A DNA stretch of 64,000 bases from Rotaria socialis (lineage: Eukaryota). The translations under genes and the position numbers were made by a program. Shown in pieces: positions 41,439 to 53,171 of the stretch; positions within the stretch are counted from its first letter, which is position 1; each line of letters begins with the position of its first letter. Below the pieces are notes generated by a model. It made no database searches. It saw only the letters and a program-made list of their open reading frames with translations, and had not been told where the DNA came from. The stretch covers positions 1 through 64,000 of the forward strand of contig CAJNYD010000054.1 of NCBI GenBank assembly GCA_905331295.1, read 5' to 3'.

Positions 41439-42724
41439 TAAAACTATTACTGAAACTGTGTTGGTTGTGATCTAAAAGCAGTTTTTCAAATGTGCTAAGG
41501 AACTGCAATCTAAAAATAAATAATTCTTAATCAGTACTATCTAGTTGCAGCTAGTTTAAAAGGTATTGTATCAATTTTGCGAACAGTTCTCTATAAAGTA
41601 AATCTACATCAGATGACTTTGTATGTCTATCTATCTGAGAATATAATCACATAGAGATAGAAGAAGAAAAACAGAACGCAGCCATTGTCAACATAAAAAT
41701 AGATAGTTATATCTAAAGATAAAAGAAAAGTTCTTGAATAAAAACGAGTTGACCACTCCTGGATTCTATCTTTGTGAAGAGCCAATTGTGTTTAAGAGGA
41801 ATTTTCATTTAAATTTTAACCATATTTTTAGCTGTGGGTGAAGTGACGGCATAATCCTGTTACACCGAGTAATAACTTTCTCTCCACACAGACTTACAAA
41901 ATATTCATCGGAGCTCCCCAAACATTTGGTGTATTACCCCTAAACGAATTCGATGGGCATTGTGACGTCGTAATCTCGAGACGCTGTGGAACGATATTAT
42001 AACATGTATGTTTTAAATGATCGACAGATTAATGAAACATTGCATAGATATCGAAATATACAAAAGAGAATTTCATTACGAATAATGACAAATCAGAGAG
42101 CATCTCGTGTTTCATTAAATGATGCCAAGTTGATTGGATCTCAATTAGTTTGTAGAAAATCAAACTTTACGTAACATATACAAAATTCAACTTGAGGTTT
42201 TTTATTTTCGATAAATAATGACAAGCATATTTCCAAAATGCAGGTCTTATGAACTCGTAATTTGCTATCTTATTCTGGCACGAGGATCTCTATTCATTTG
42301 ATTTATGGATGGGCAAATGTTATTATTTCTCATTTACCATAAAGAAATAAGAGTAGAATGGCTGAAAACTTCTATAAAGAAAATGACGAAGCATTGCGTA
42401 TTCATGAGAGAACTTAAACTATTTAATGAAGTTCGAAACAGTATTTAGCAGTGTATCGAATCGATTGTTGAGATCCAACGAATACGCATAAAGCTCAACG
42501 TTCTTAATAGAAATCTAAAATACGATGTATGTATACACTCTGTTTTCCCGTGTAGCGTGTAACTGTACATGTTGTTTTGGATATCAAAATATACAAGTTA
42601 AAATGTTGATTTCTATAGATAAAAATACTTGTATTAAAAAGTCACTTTTATTTTATTTCCCATGTTGATGAGCGAATGAAAACTTTCAATTTACAAAATG
42701 TAGACCGTTTTGAAAATACAAGGA

Positions 42725-43030
42725 CCCAGGTGAATCAATCCGATACCGAATCCCATGGATTCTATGGGGTCCTACCATCCGACGAAATCCCGTTGGATTC
42801 CTGGTTGAGGAATCAATGTCGGATCCGACAGTCGTATTTCCAATGATATCCGATTGATGGTTACTGTCGGATTTTATTAGTTTCCGATATTAGGATCCAA
42901 TATCGATTTCGGAACCAGGAATCCGACGATAATCTGATAGTTTCCTTGCGCCTTCCGAAGAGCTCCGTCGGATTCCAATAGGAACCGATCGGAACTCATC
43001 GGATCCTAAGCTAGGATTCATTCTCCTGGG
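42725..43030. mobile_element. CMC/EnSpm-type MITE
   Basis: TIR CCCAGGTGAATCAATCC / GGATTCATTCTCCTGGG; 2-bp TSD GA; TCGGAT/ATCCGA-rich interior. Confidence 0.85.
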
Positions 43031-43392
43031 GACAAAAACAAGATCTCACTCGATGTCAGATATTAACTGACACTTTCATCAAACATTATTTATTCGCACT
43101 AATAGATGTGTGAATACCTGAACAAGAATATTGCAAAAGATATCCCAATAATCCATGCATAGACACAGTTCAGATAATAATATTCATTCAGTTATACAAT
43201 AAATTAATATAAAAAAACACTTTTTCTTATTTTTTGATGATCTGTATGAAAAAAGCACGAACAAAAAAACGCAGATTTTCAGCACTTGAAAATTTAAAAT
43301 TTAAACTAAAGTATATTTATTCTAAGATGAACTCTTGTTTATCGTTTTCGAAAAATTATTTCATTGATAATTCATGTTTTTGATATCAGACT

Positions 43393-43608
43393 CAAGGGGG
43401 AAACAGCGGACTTGAAGTACAAAAGTACGCCAACGTACACTACTTGAAGTAGCTAAAAGTATCACTCAAGTAGCACAAAGTTAGAACAAGTAACTTCAGA
43501 TAACTTCAAGTAAATGTGAAATTGAAAAGTAGGTGAAAGTAAATTACTTGAAATAGCTTAAAGTAGTTCAAAGTAACTTCAAGTCCAAAAGTCCGCCGTT
43601 TACCCTTG
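43393..43608. mobile_element. P-superfamily-like MITE (CAAGG termini, 8-bp TSD)
   Basis: CAAGGGGGAAACAGCGGACTT...AAGTCCGCCGTTTACCCTTG; TSD ATCAGACT at 43385-43392 and 43609-43616. Confidence 0.85.
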
Positions 43609-44664
43609 ATCAGACTACAAAAGTGAAACAATATACTAAGTTATGCGAACATGGACGATATATAGCTCCTCTATCTATTTTTCTATTGGGTCAGCAGCAG
43701 TGGCCCTGTTCTAAAATTCTAAAATTCTAGAATTTTAGAATAAAGCCACGTCTCCAACAATGCATAGGCATTAAACTTTGTTTTTTCCTTTGTGCAGAAT
43801 TGTTGCACATTGTTCTCATTTAAAATATAAACATAAATTTATCTATAAATATACTGGTTGATTATTCTATGTTATTCATTCTTTAAGATTTATATTTTCA
43901 TCTGATCTTCATTTCAAAAACTGGTGAGTAAATAAGATACTTCAGTCATTTTATTTTGAATTTCAAAATATGATTCCTACGACGAAAATTAATAAAGGCT
44001 GACATAGCTTCTTTCTCATTGAAACCCTTATCAATTCAAATTTCAGAATAAGATAGGAAATAATGTATATGAAAACTCACAAATCTGTTTCTTCTCTAAT
44101 TCGAAAGTACTGTACTCATCCAACAAGATAATAAACAATTCAATATTCTCTAGAATGAATACAAACAGAATCAAGTAATATTACGTTAGGTGAGAACAGA
44201 TCTTTGATTCAACTCGAAATTTCGCAATACAGTTAGAATAAATGTAAAAATATGATTAATGTAACACAGAATGTTCTTTTGTTGTTAGATGCAATACGAA
44301 TAGAAGCAATACGTGACTGTTACTTTAGTTTTTTTTCTCTTAGATAAAACGATACTAACTCGAAAACATCGTCAGTTTTATTCTTTTACGTCGACTTAGT
44401 GTTTATTTAATCTTGTCGAACTAGATTATACAACTATATAGAACATCGTTCGTGCTGGCAAAATTACTAAACAACTTCATTAATTCAATTGATCTACAAG
44501 CTACTAATTTCGGTAGAAAGGGTTTGATATTTTTTTCTGAAGAATTTAAATATTTTCAGAATGTCAAATTTGAGAAAAAAAGAAAATCTACATTTTTATC
44601 AAGAATATGATAGTGATAAACAGTAGGATACCCTACAGTTCATTAGACTTTGATGTGCCACAAT

Positions 44665-44976
44665 TAGAGGTGTCAGCCGCAGGGTTGAACGGCGGCGGCA
44701 GGTAACAATTTTTGAAGACTTCCAGTGGCACGTTATTTGAATGAGTAATGTCTTCAGCGGTGGCTGCTACAAATTTTAAAAATTTTTTTTACAGCGGCGG
44801 CTCAGTTAAAAATTCACTGATGAAAATTAAAAGAAAAATGCTCGATTCAATCATATATGTATTGATGTCAGCGACGGCGAATAACGCTATCAAAAATTTT
44901 TATCTCTTGCAGCGGCGGCTGATATTATAGAAAAATCGGCTGCTGCGGCGGCTCAGCCGTACGGCTGACACTTCCA
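44665..44976. mobile_element. hAT-type MITE
   Basis: TIR TAGAGGTGTCAGCCG / CGGCTGACACTTCCA; 8-bp TSD GCCACAAT; internal GCGGCGGC repeats. Confidence 0.85.
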
Positions 44977-45865
44977 GCCACAATAGTTTTGTTTAATGTT
45001 ATATATGTAAAAACATAGAATTGAACATAAATTCGATCATGATCGAACAATCAGAGATATCAGAGAACAGATTACAAAAGTTGAAATCAAGAAGTAACTG
45101 AATAGGCGGAGAGGCAAATGAACATTTATTTTCATGGCAGTCGATATTTTTAGTTTAATCTATTTTTTCATGACGTATTGGGTAGGATTATTTTCGTGTT
45201 AAAATCCAACCAAGAGTCTTTCCAGATCAATTGAGACCGATAGAAAAGATTCCTTCGAAACTCAAAAGAGACAAGACAGGTTTTTTCATTCATTTCTAAT
45301 GTTAACATTCGAAGTACAAAAATTCGATATTTGAGTAATTATTTTTTGTTGATCTATTCAATACGGTTAAATTAAAATCGATGAAATTAGTAAAAATATC
45401 TTTATCGTCGTTTTTTCGAAATGGACATTTTTTTATACTGATAGCCTGAGATACTTTCTCGAGATGATTGAATTTATTATAAACAACTGAATCTATTTTA
45501 TCAAATTTGAAGTACGTTTTGAAAAGTTCAATTTTTAAATGCATCCGGTTTTTACTATGAAGAAGAATTGTTTAGAAGAAAATGTTAACTGAAAAGCCTG
45601 AATTCTTTTTTCGTTGATAGATTTTCGAAGAAACAAATAATAACAAATAAATTCCTTCTAATTCTAGGAAGAATTGAACAAATACGTAACGAGTAAGACA
45701 TTCAAGATATATCAGTGCGTTAGAATTAGTTCATATCACTTTTGATAACTGAATAAGTTTTTTTGCCTATTACATTTCACAAATCTTGACTTTTTTCAGG
45801 CTATATCAACGTGCATCTAGTTTATTTTTATCTACGAAGACATTCGTCAATAAACTACAATTTAT

Positions 45866-48800
45866 ATGGATATGAATAAAAGAAAATTTCAAGAGACATT
45901 CAATTCAACAGAATATAATGTTGACAACGAAGCAAAACGAATCACTCATCAAGGTTCTGCGTCACTTTTAACATTACCCATTGAGCTTGTTAATATGATT
46001 TTCGATAAGCTGGATGATTTTACAATTATATGTTCACTTTGTCAAGTGTGTACACGATTGAATATGATCCTGGACGCTTATCCTCGATATCAGGTAAGTC
46101 GTAGCATTTTCAACAGTTGAGATATCTTTTCATTTAAAGAACGAACTAAATTCATGGTTGCTTTCATAATAGTAATAGTTAGTTCGTTAATAATATTTTA
46201 TCGCCATGCAAAGAAAAGAATCATGAGACAATGTTAGATATTTCACGAGGTTTCATATGGTTAATTGTATTTTCTTAAATAAATCGAAGATTTTTGAAAC
46301 AAACTTTACTCTTCTTAAGATATAAACAAGAAAGAAACATTCAGATGAATTCATCTGAAAATCACAGAACGCATCGTGTAGATTTTAATCAATTTTATAC
46401 TTACGTATTGAATATTGACAATCGAGACATTTACAGAAAAAATTACACTGTAAAACTATAGTAAATCCGATTTTATAAATTGAGGCACAGCATCTACCAT
46501 GTGTAAACGGTGATTTACGCTTGAAGAAACTCGGATTTCCATTGAAATATAAGAATGACTAGGTTATTGTTGCCAACTTCTTCTGTTGAATTTTCGAATA
46601 TTATTCAAATGACTTAATTGACTGTCAAAAGGGTCTTTGGCGAAATAGACCTTGAGGCAGTTCATAACATTTCCTCCAGAAGGGAACCATACCTGAAACG
46701 TTCAGCTTATCATCGGTACAACACAGTCGCTCGCGAGCAATTCTTGAAGCATAACACCTCTATACTGAAACTATAAACAGTGAAATTTCTATATTTCTTA
46801 CAAGCCATTAGCAAGGAAGTTGTATTTTAAAGCTCATAACTTGAGAAGGTCAACTTCAGTTTCATTCTAAAATATCGAACATTTTTTATACAATACAAAT
46901 CGTTCCATTGTCAGTACCAATTAACAAACAGAAATGTTTTCACTCTTTTATTCATTTACCAGCAATCGAAAACTACATATATTATTTTAAATAGAAACTC
47001 ACCACTATGTGGTGGTGGGGGNNNNNNNNNNCCATGGTGCCAGAGACTACGACATAAGACACGCCATTAATACACTGCGAAATGGCCCGGTAAGCCTGAT
47101 CTTATCTTAATCTCTCGCGCATGTTTATCTACATTTTTTTTCACACAGACACTCACCGTAGGCCATATCAATAGACGAAAAATCAGCTCTACACAAGTAG
47201 AAGAATTAACAGATGCATTAAAAACAAACACCGTAAGAATCCTGAATTCTTAATCTATATTCTATCACAGTCTACATTGCTATTCATAGACAATAACCAA
47301 ATGTATTGTGAATGGGTATTATATCGGAGACTACGGCGCAAAACTTTTTGCTGATACATTAAGAAATAACAAGGTAAGCCAGATTCGCTTTCTCATACCG
47401 TCGTTTGAAATTTTCCACATAGACACTCATCACTCTTGATCTGTTCCGTAGTACAATCACATGTATAGGAACAGAACATCTGACCTTAGCATTGCTCAAT
47501 AATACGGTAGGCTTTATTACATAGGCGTCTGCCGTACATAATTTTCTGCGTTTATTTACACAGACACTCACCACATTGGATTTAGGACATAATGGTATTC
47601 ATGAGCTCGGAGCACACCATCTAGCTTCTGCATTACGAAACAATTGCGTAAGCTTCATTCTCTATGAAACAATCTGATAGCGTTTTCTGTATTTATTCAC
47701 ACAGACACTCACCACACTGAATCTGGAACATGTTGAGATTGGCAAACTGGGAATAGCATCTTTGGCCGACGCGTTACGAAAGAATACGGTAACTCTTGAT
47801 TCTCTTTATTTTTGTTAAAATCATATTTTGGTTCCTTTCACACAGACACTCACCGCACTCGACCTCGGTCATAATGATATACAGAATGAAGGAGTACAAT
47901 ATCTGGCAGATGCGTTGCGAACTAATAAGGTAAGTCATCTTCTATCAATCTGTATAATATCACCCCAGGTCGATCAACTTGTGTCGTACGCAGCCGTTTG
48001 GCCGTAATTTACGACCGTTTCGTATGCATCGTATTACGGTCGTTTTGTATCGTGCCATAAACGATCGGATACGGAAATATCCGACTACATTACAGTCGTT
48101 AGTACCAGTTTAAGACACGATTAATTACGGCCGTAATACGGTGCATATCAAAACGTCAAGTTACGCCCATTTACGATGAGAAATGGCAGTATACGTTAAC
48201 GTTTACGGCCGTATACGACCGTTTCTGGTAGCCGTAATGCTCGACATGGGACTCTCTACATTTAATTACGAAGACCCTCACTATACTGATTGTGAATAAC
48301 AGTTTTATTGGGAATACCGGAGTAAAACATCTGACTGATGCAATACAAGATAACACGGCTAACCATATTTTAGTTTTCACTCTATACTCTGTTTATCACA
48401 CAGGCACTCATCAAACTGAACTTGACAGAAAACAGTATTAATGACAAAGGAGCACAATATCTAGCTGATGCACTACAAAATAATCAGGTGAGACTTATTC
48501 TGTATTAAATCGCTTCATATAAGTTTTTTGCATTTGTTTGCACAGACACTCACAACATTGAATATGAACAGTAATCCTATTGGAGATCTTGGTGCGCAAC
48601 ATCTATCTGGTGCATTAAAAAATAATATGGTGAGACTTATTCTCTATAAAAATTGCTGCATACGGTTTTCTGCATTTATTTACACAGACAATCACAACAC
48701 TGATGCTAGTAGAAAATGCTATTGGAAGTCTTGGCGCGCAATATCTGTCTGACGCATTACAAAATAATACGGTGAGCCTAATTCTCTATCGAACTGCTTC

Positions 48801-49636
48801 ATATAGATTTTGCATTTGTTTACACAGACACTCACAACATTGGATATGACCAGTAATACTATTGGAGATCTTGGTGCGCAACATCTATCTGGTGCATTAA
48901 AAAATAATACGGTGAGTCTAATTCTCTATCGAATTGCTACATATAATTTTCTGTATTTATTTACATAGACACTCACAAAACTGAATCTGCGACTTAATAA
49001 TATTGAACATCTTGGCGCGCAATATCTGTCTGACGCATTACGAAATAATAACGTGAGGCTGATTCTATTAAATTGCTTCATATAGTTTTTCTACATATAT
49101 TTACACAGACACTCACAAAACTGAATCTAGTATCTACTGGTATTGGAAATCTTGGTGCAAAACATCTATGTGATGCATTACGAAATAATAACGTGAGCCT
49201 AATTCTCTATTAAATTGCTTCATATAGTTATTCTACATATATCTACATAGACACTCACAAAGCTGGAACTAGCAGCTAATGATATTGGAAATCTTGGTGC
49301 ACAACACCTGGCCGGCGCATTGCAGAATAATACGGTTAGTATCGGTTTCTTTCAGTGTTTTTACATATGTCAATGTCCACTATTCCATACAGAACCTAAT
49401 AGAACTCGATCTGGCATATAATGAAATCAGAGATGAAGGTGCTGAACATTTCGTTATGGCACTACAAGAAAATACGGTGAGTGCCATTCTCTTTTGATCA
49501 CTATGATATAAGTAGTTGTATTTTTTTCTAACGGACACTGACAATATTGATGTTGGACTGGCATTTTATCAAACAAAATCTGAGAATTCGTTTAAAGAAC
49601 CTGTTGAAATATAATAAGAAACGTAGAGATTTATGA
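45866..49636 (+). CDS. F-box + ribonuclease-inhibitor/NLRC3-type LRR protein; ~17 LRR exons, mostly 84 nt
   Basis: Exon 1 45866-46093 (LLTLPIELVNMIFDKLD, F-box), then phase-0 exons such as TLTTLDMTSNTIGDLGAQHLSGALKNNT bounded by CAG/TAG and GT. Small N gap 47022-47031. One GC donor (~48358) and a last acceptor reading ACGG, so it may be partly damaged. Confidence 0.85.
47964..48250. mobile_element. CMC/EnSpm-type MITE in an intron of the F-box/LRR gene
   Basis: CCCAGGTCGA...TCGACATGGG; 2-bp TSD AC; TACGGCCGTA-rich interior. Confidence 0.85.
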
Positions 49637-52600
49637 TGGTTTGCTAAAACACTGAATGGTCATGCAGAATATTTGACTACTTATTTCGTTTGTGGTTTTG
49701 AAAATAAAACGTTTTGATTTTCTTGTTGAAAAGTGTTAGCTCGCTTCGTCGAGCTTTACGTTTTATTATCTATTCTATTTTCCTTGATCATACGGTACAT
49801 ATATATATATATATATTAACTACAACAAAGAGGAGAAGAGAGGGAGAGAGAACAATGACAACACGGACATAACAAGGGAGAGATATGTAAAGATATCGAG
49901 AGATTGAAATGAGGGTGAGTCACCTCCGCTAACAAAAAGCTTGATGATAATAATTCATAGCTAATTAGCATTTCAGATTTTTAAAGTGTGAACACACGTC
50001 ACTGACATTTGTCGTGTCATCCTGCAATATATGTGTTTTGTACTCGTTGAACGTTCTTTATTTCGTATCCTTAAAAAATAATTATCAGAAGTGATGAAAT
50101 GTTTCTGTATTTTATCAATATGTTGATAGAAATATTCGATTCAGGTTGTAACTGTGTGTGTGTGTCGGGGGGTCTACTCTTCATTCCAACACACATGACG
50201 ATTGTATTTTTTAAATTCTGAGTTGCAAATATCTTTATGATCGAGTTATACCATGAATTATTTTCCTTCCATCGAAATCAGATGTGTTGAAATTTGTTTA
50301 TTGATATAGCTAAATTAAAACATTTCAGCAAGAGATGCCGTCTAATCTGATAGATTCTCAACGAGCAATTTTATGAATAGGCAACGTTGTCAATTCAATT
50401 TTAAGGACAATCATCATTAAGAAAAAGTTAGGACGTCCAACAAAATCAAGAACTTAATTGAAAAAAAATTCATTTTCAGACGATCGAATGAAGAAGATAT
50501 GGTTATGAATAGGCCGAGATCGAGACTTCCAATTTTGATCTCGGTACATCTCTAGACCTAGTTAAACAATTCAATCATATATTCATAACAGTTTCAACTA
50601 GAATTATTGTTACTCTTATGGGCTAGTCGTTCGGAAAATACATTTCAATTGAATAGAAATTGATCTTTATTTTACATCCAATACATCGTTTATCATTTAG
50701 AAGCAATGTCATATCAAAAAGAAGAAAGAGCTCAATTAAATCAACATGTTTACCCAGGAAAAAAATCTAGTTGATTATTGTTTGCGAATGACCATGTCAA
50801 ATCTAAACAATAAATTTCAAATTAAGATCAAAAGTCCATTGCTTTTATCCGTGAACAATAATTCCTATCTTAACTTATAATATCGATGATACAACCGGTT
50901 TCTTTTTAAGAAAATCTAGTCGAACTTCTTATGCAAAAATTAATTTCTTCATCATTTATCATGAAATGATTCTACCAGCAACTAAACGTATATTGACTGA
51001 TCTAAGACAAAATAGAAGACATCGAAATTCAAGAGCTTTTGCAGAACATTAAACTTCTTAAAATATTTTTTTAATTTATTATTTTAAAACATTCTCGAAA
51101 AGTATCAAGTTGATACAAGAAGAATTTTCAACAATCGAATTCGACGAAAAATAATGTCGTTTTGTATGAATTATCTAACGTTACTCTGCAGCGAGTCGGA
51201 GTATAGACTTCGAGATTAGAATTGTAAGAAAATCTCTCATTGAAATCCTAGAATATATCAAAGAATTTTCTTCTTCTTCTTCGTTAGCTTGTGAACAAAT
51301 CAATCATATTTATCTCGAATGAAATTATAAATTCCTCTTACGATATATTTTTGCTTAAAAAAAGACGGAGAGAAATTGGTTGCACTTGTCTTGGGCCTTC
51401 TAAAATATCAAGAAAATATCACAGCAAGAACGAGATATATCCATAGTATTTCTTTTTGTTGTATTCTCATTTGATACATTTACTTGAACTGCCACCGGCC
51501 ATAAAACTGCCGAATTATACCCGTGGCTATTTTTTCATTATTTGGTAGAGCTAACAAGAGTAAAACGTGCACAATTTCTTTTTAAACCATTTTAAATATT
51601 TATGTGCCAATATAGCAACACGTTGCTTGCTTTTATTAAATTAAGTTTTCTTTTTATATAAGGGACGCCTACCCACTTTATATGAGTACGTTGTCACAAA
51701 TCTAACGCTTAATTATTCTGATTCATATAGTTATACATTCATACTTCTTGTTTTTTTTAGCTTTCTGTTAATAATTGGTATCTTTTAGATGAAATTTGCC
51801 ATCAGTTTTTATTTATTTCCACGAAATGATGGAAGAAAAAAATTACCGACAACATTAATATAAATTATTTGTGGTCTTGTGATTTTCAGAAATAAATGAA
51901 ATTGGCCTACGCAATAATTTGATTAAGTATTTTTTTGAAATAAAAATTATATTATTTTGTATATTTATACATCTTAAGTTGTTTCTGAATAAATTCTGAA
52001 TGTTATCTATTGAATTTTTCTCACAAACATTCAGCTAGTACTTAAAAAACAACTTGCGATTTATAAATATAAAAAATAGTAGATTTTCATTGAAAATGTT
52101 ACTTGATCAATTTCGTGCTTATATCAAGTTACATTCGTTTCTATAGAATTACAAGACTACCAATGAGTAAACTCGAACCCTAATCACACCGTTAAAATAT
52201 GAGACCACCGTCGGTGTATGGTCAGTATTCAAAAAGCTACCGCTTAAGTGCCGACGGTATAGCGCACATTATATCGAACGGTCAACCGGTAGTAAACTGC
52301 CGTTTTATTTCGATTTGAATCACGTGGATTGTTTCAGGTGCTTTCGACGTGTGTAGGCGAAGAAAAGATCCATATCCGCACCGACACCCTCTCAGAATGG
52401 GAATTTTCAAAAACTCCTGACTACCCCAATTTTATTTTTATTCGCGTAAAACGATGTCATTCGATTGAGCTTGCTGGATTGCATTGAATGGCCTACGTCT
52501 CATGAAAGACTCAGATCGTGGAGCGAACTACCAAGTTAAACGTTTTTGTTGTATTTTTTCTGTAAGAGAAAATCGATGCGTTTCTTTTCATTTGCACTGG

Positions 52601-53171
52601 TTAGCTTTTATAAAAAAAATCGAAATACACCTTATTTCGTGCAAACCGATCGGAAACAGCTGGGATGGAAACCGTGGGTATAGATATCAGTTTTACCTAT
52701 GCACTCACACCCTATTCAAGATTTAATCATGACGAGATTTCTTGTTTTTTTTCATTTCTGACTTTCCAATAATAGCAGGTTTCAAAATAAATTAATTTTG
52801 AACAATCCAGTTCGATTTTCGATTTGAATCCTGTTTTAAAACAAACTAAGATTTGTTGTGACCGAAAGCAAATGTTTTAAAGCTTAATGGTGTTTACCGA
52901 ATGTCACTCAAGTTGCATTGAAGTCAAAGAAATCATAAGGTTGATAAGGAAAAGTTGACGAAGAAAAACACTGTAATTTCGTCAATTTCCTATCTTTAGC
53001 GAAGCTGCTATCGTGTAGTTATGTTTCATCGTCGTGTAGTAATGACTCAGCCACTGCAACACGTCGTCATGAGAATGAGTCACTTCGTTAGTGTCTGACA
53101 TAGAGCTCTATAAATTCACTTGTTTTTTTTGTTCTGTTCATTACACTCACATACGACATTACTAGAAAAAC

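Noticed and set aside
43701..43748. Small palindrome TTCTAAAATTCTAGAATTTTAGAA with GGCC/GCCA ends
   Set aside because: Too short and low-complexity to assign; possibly a collapsed MITE.
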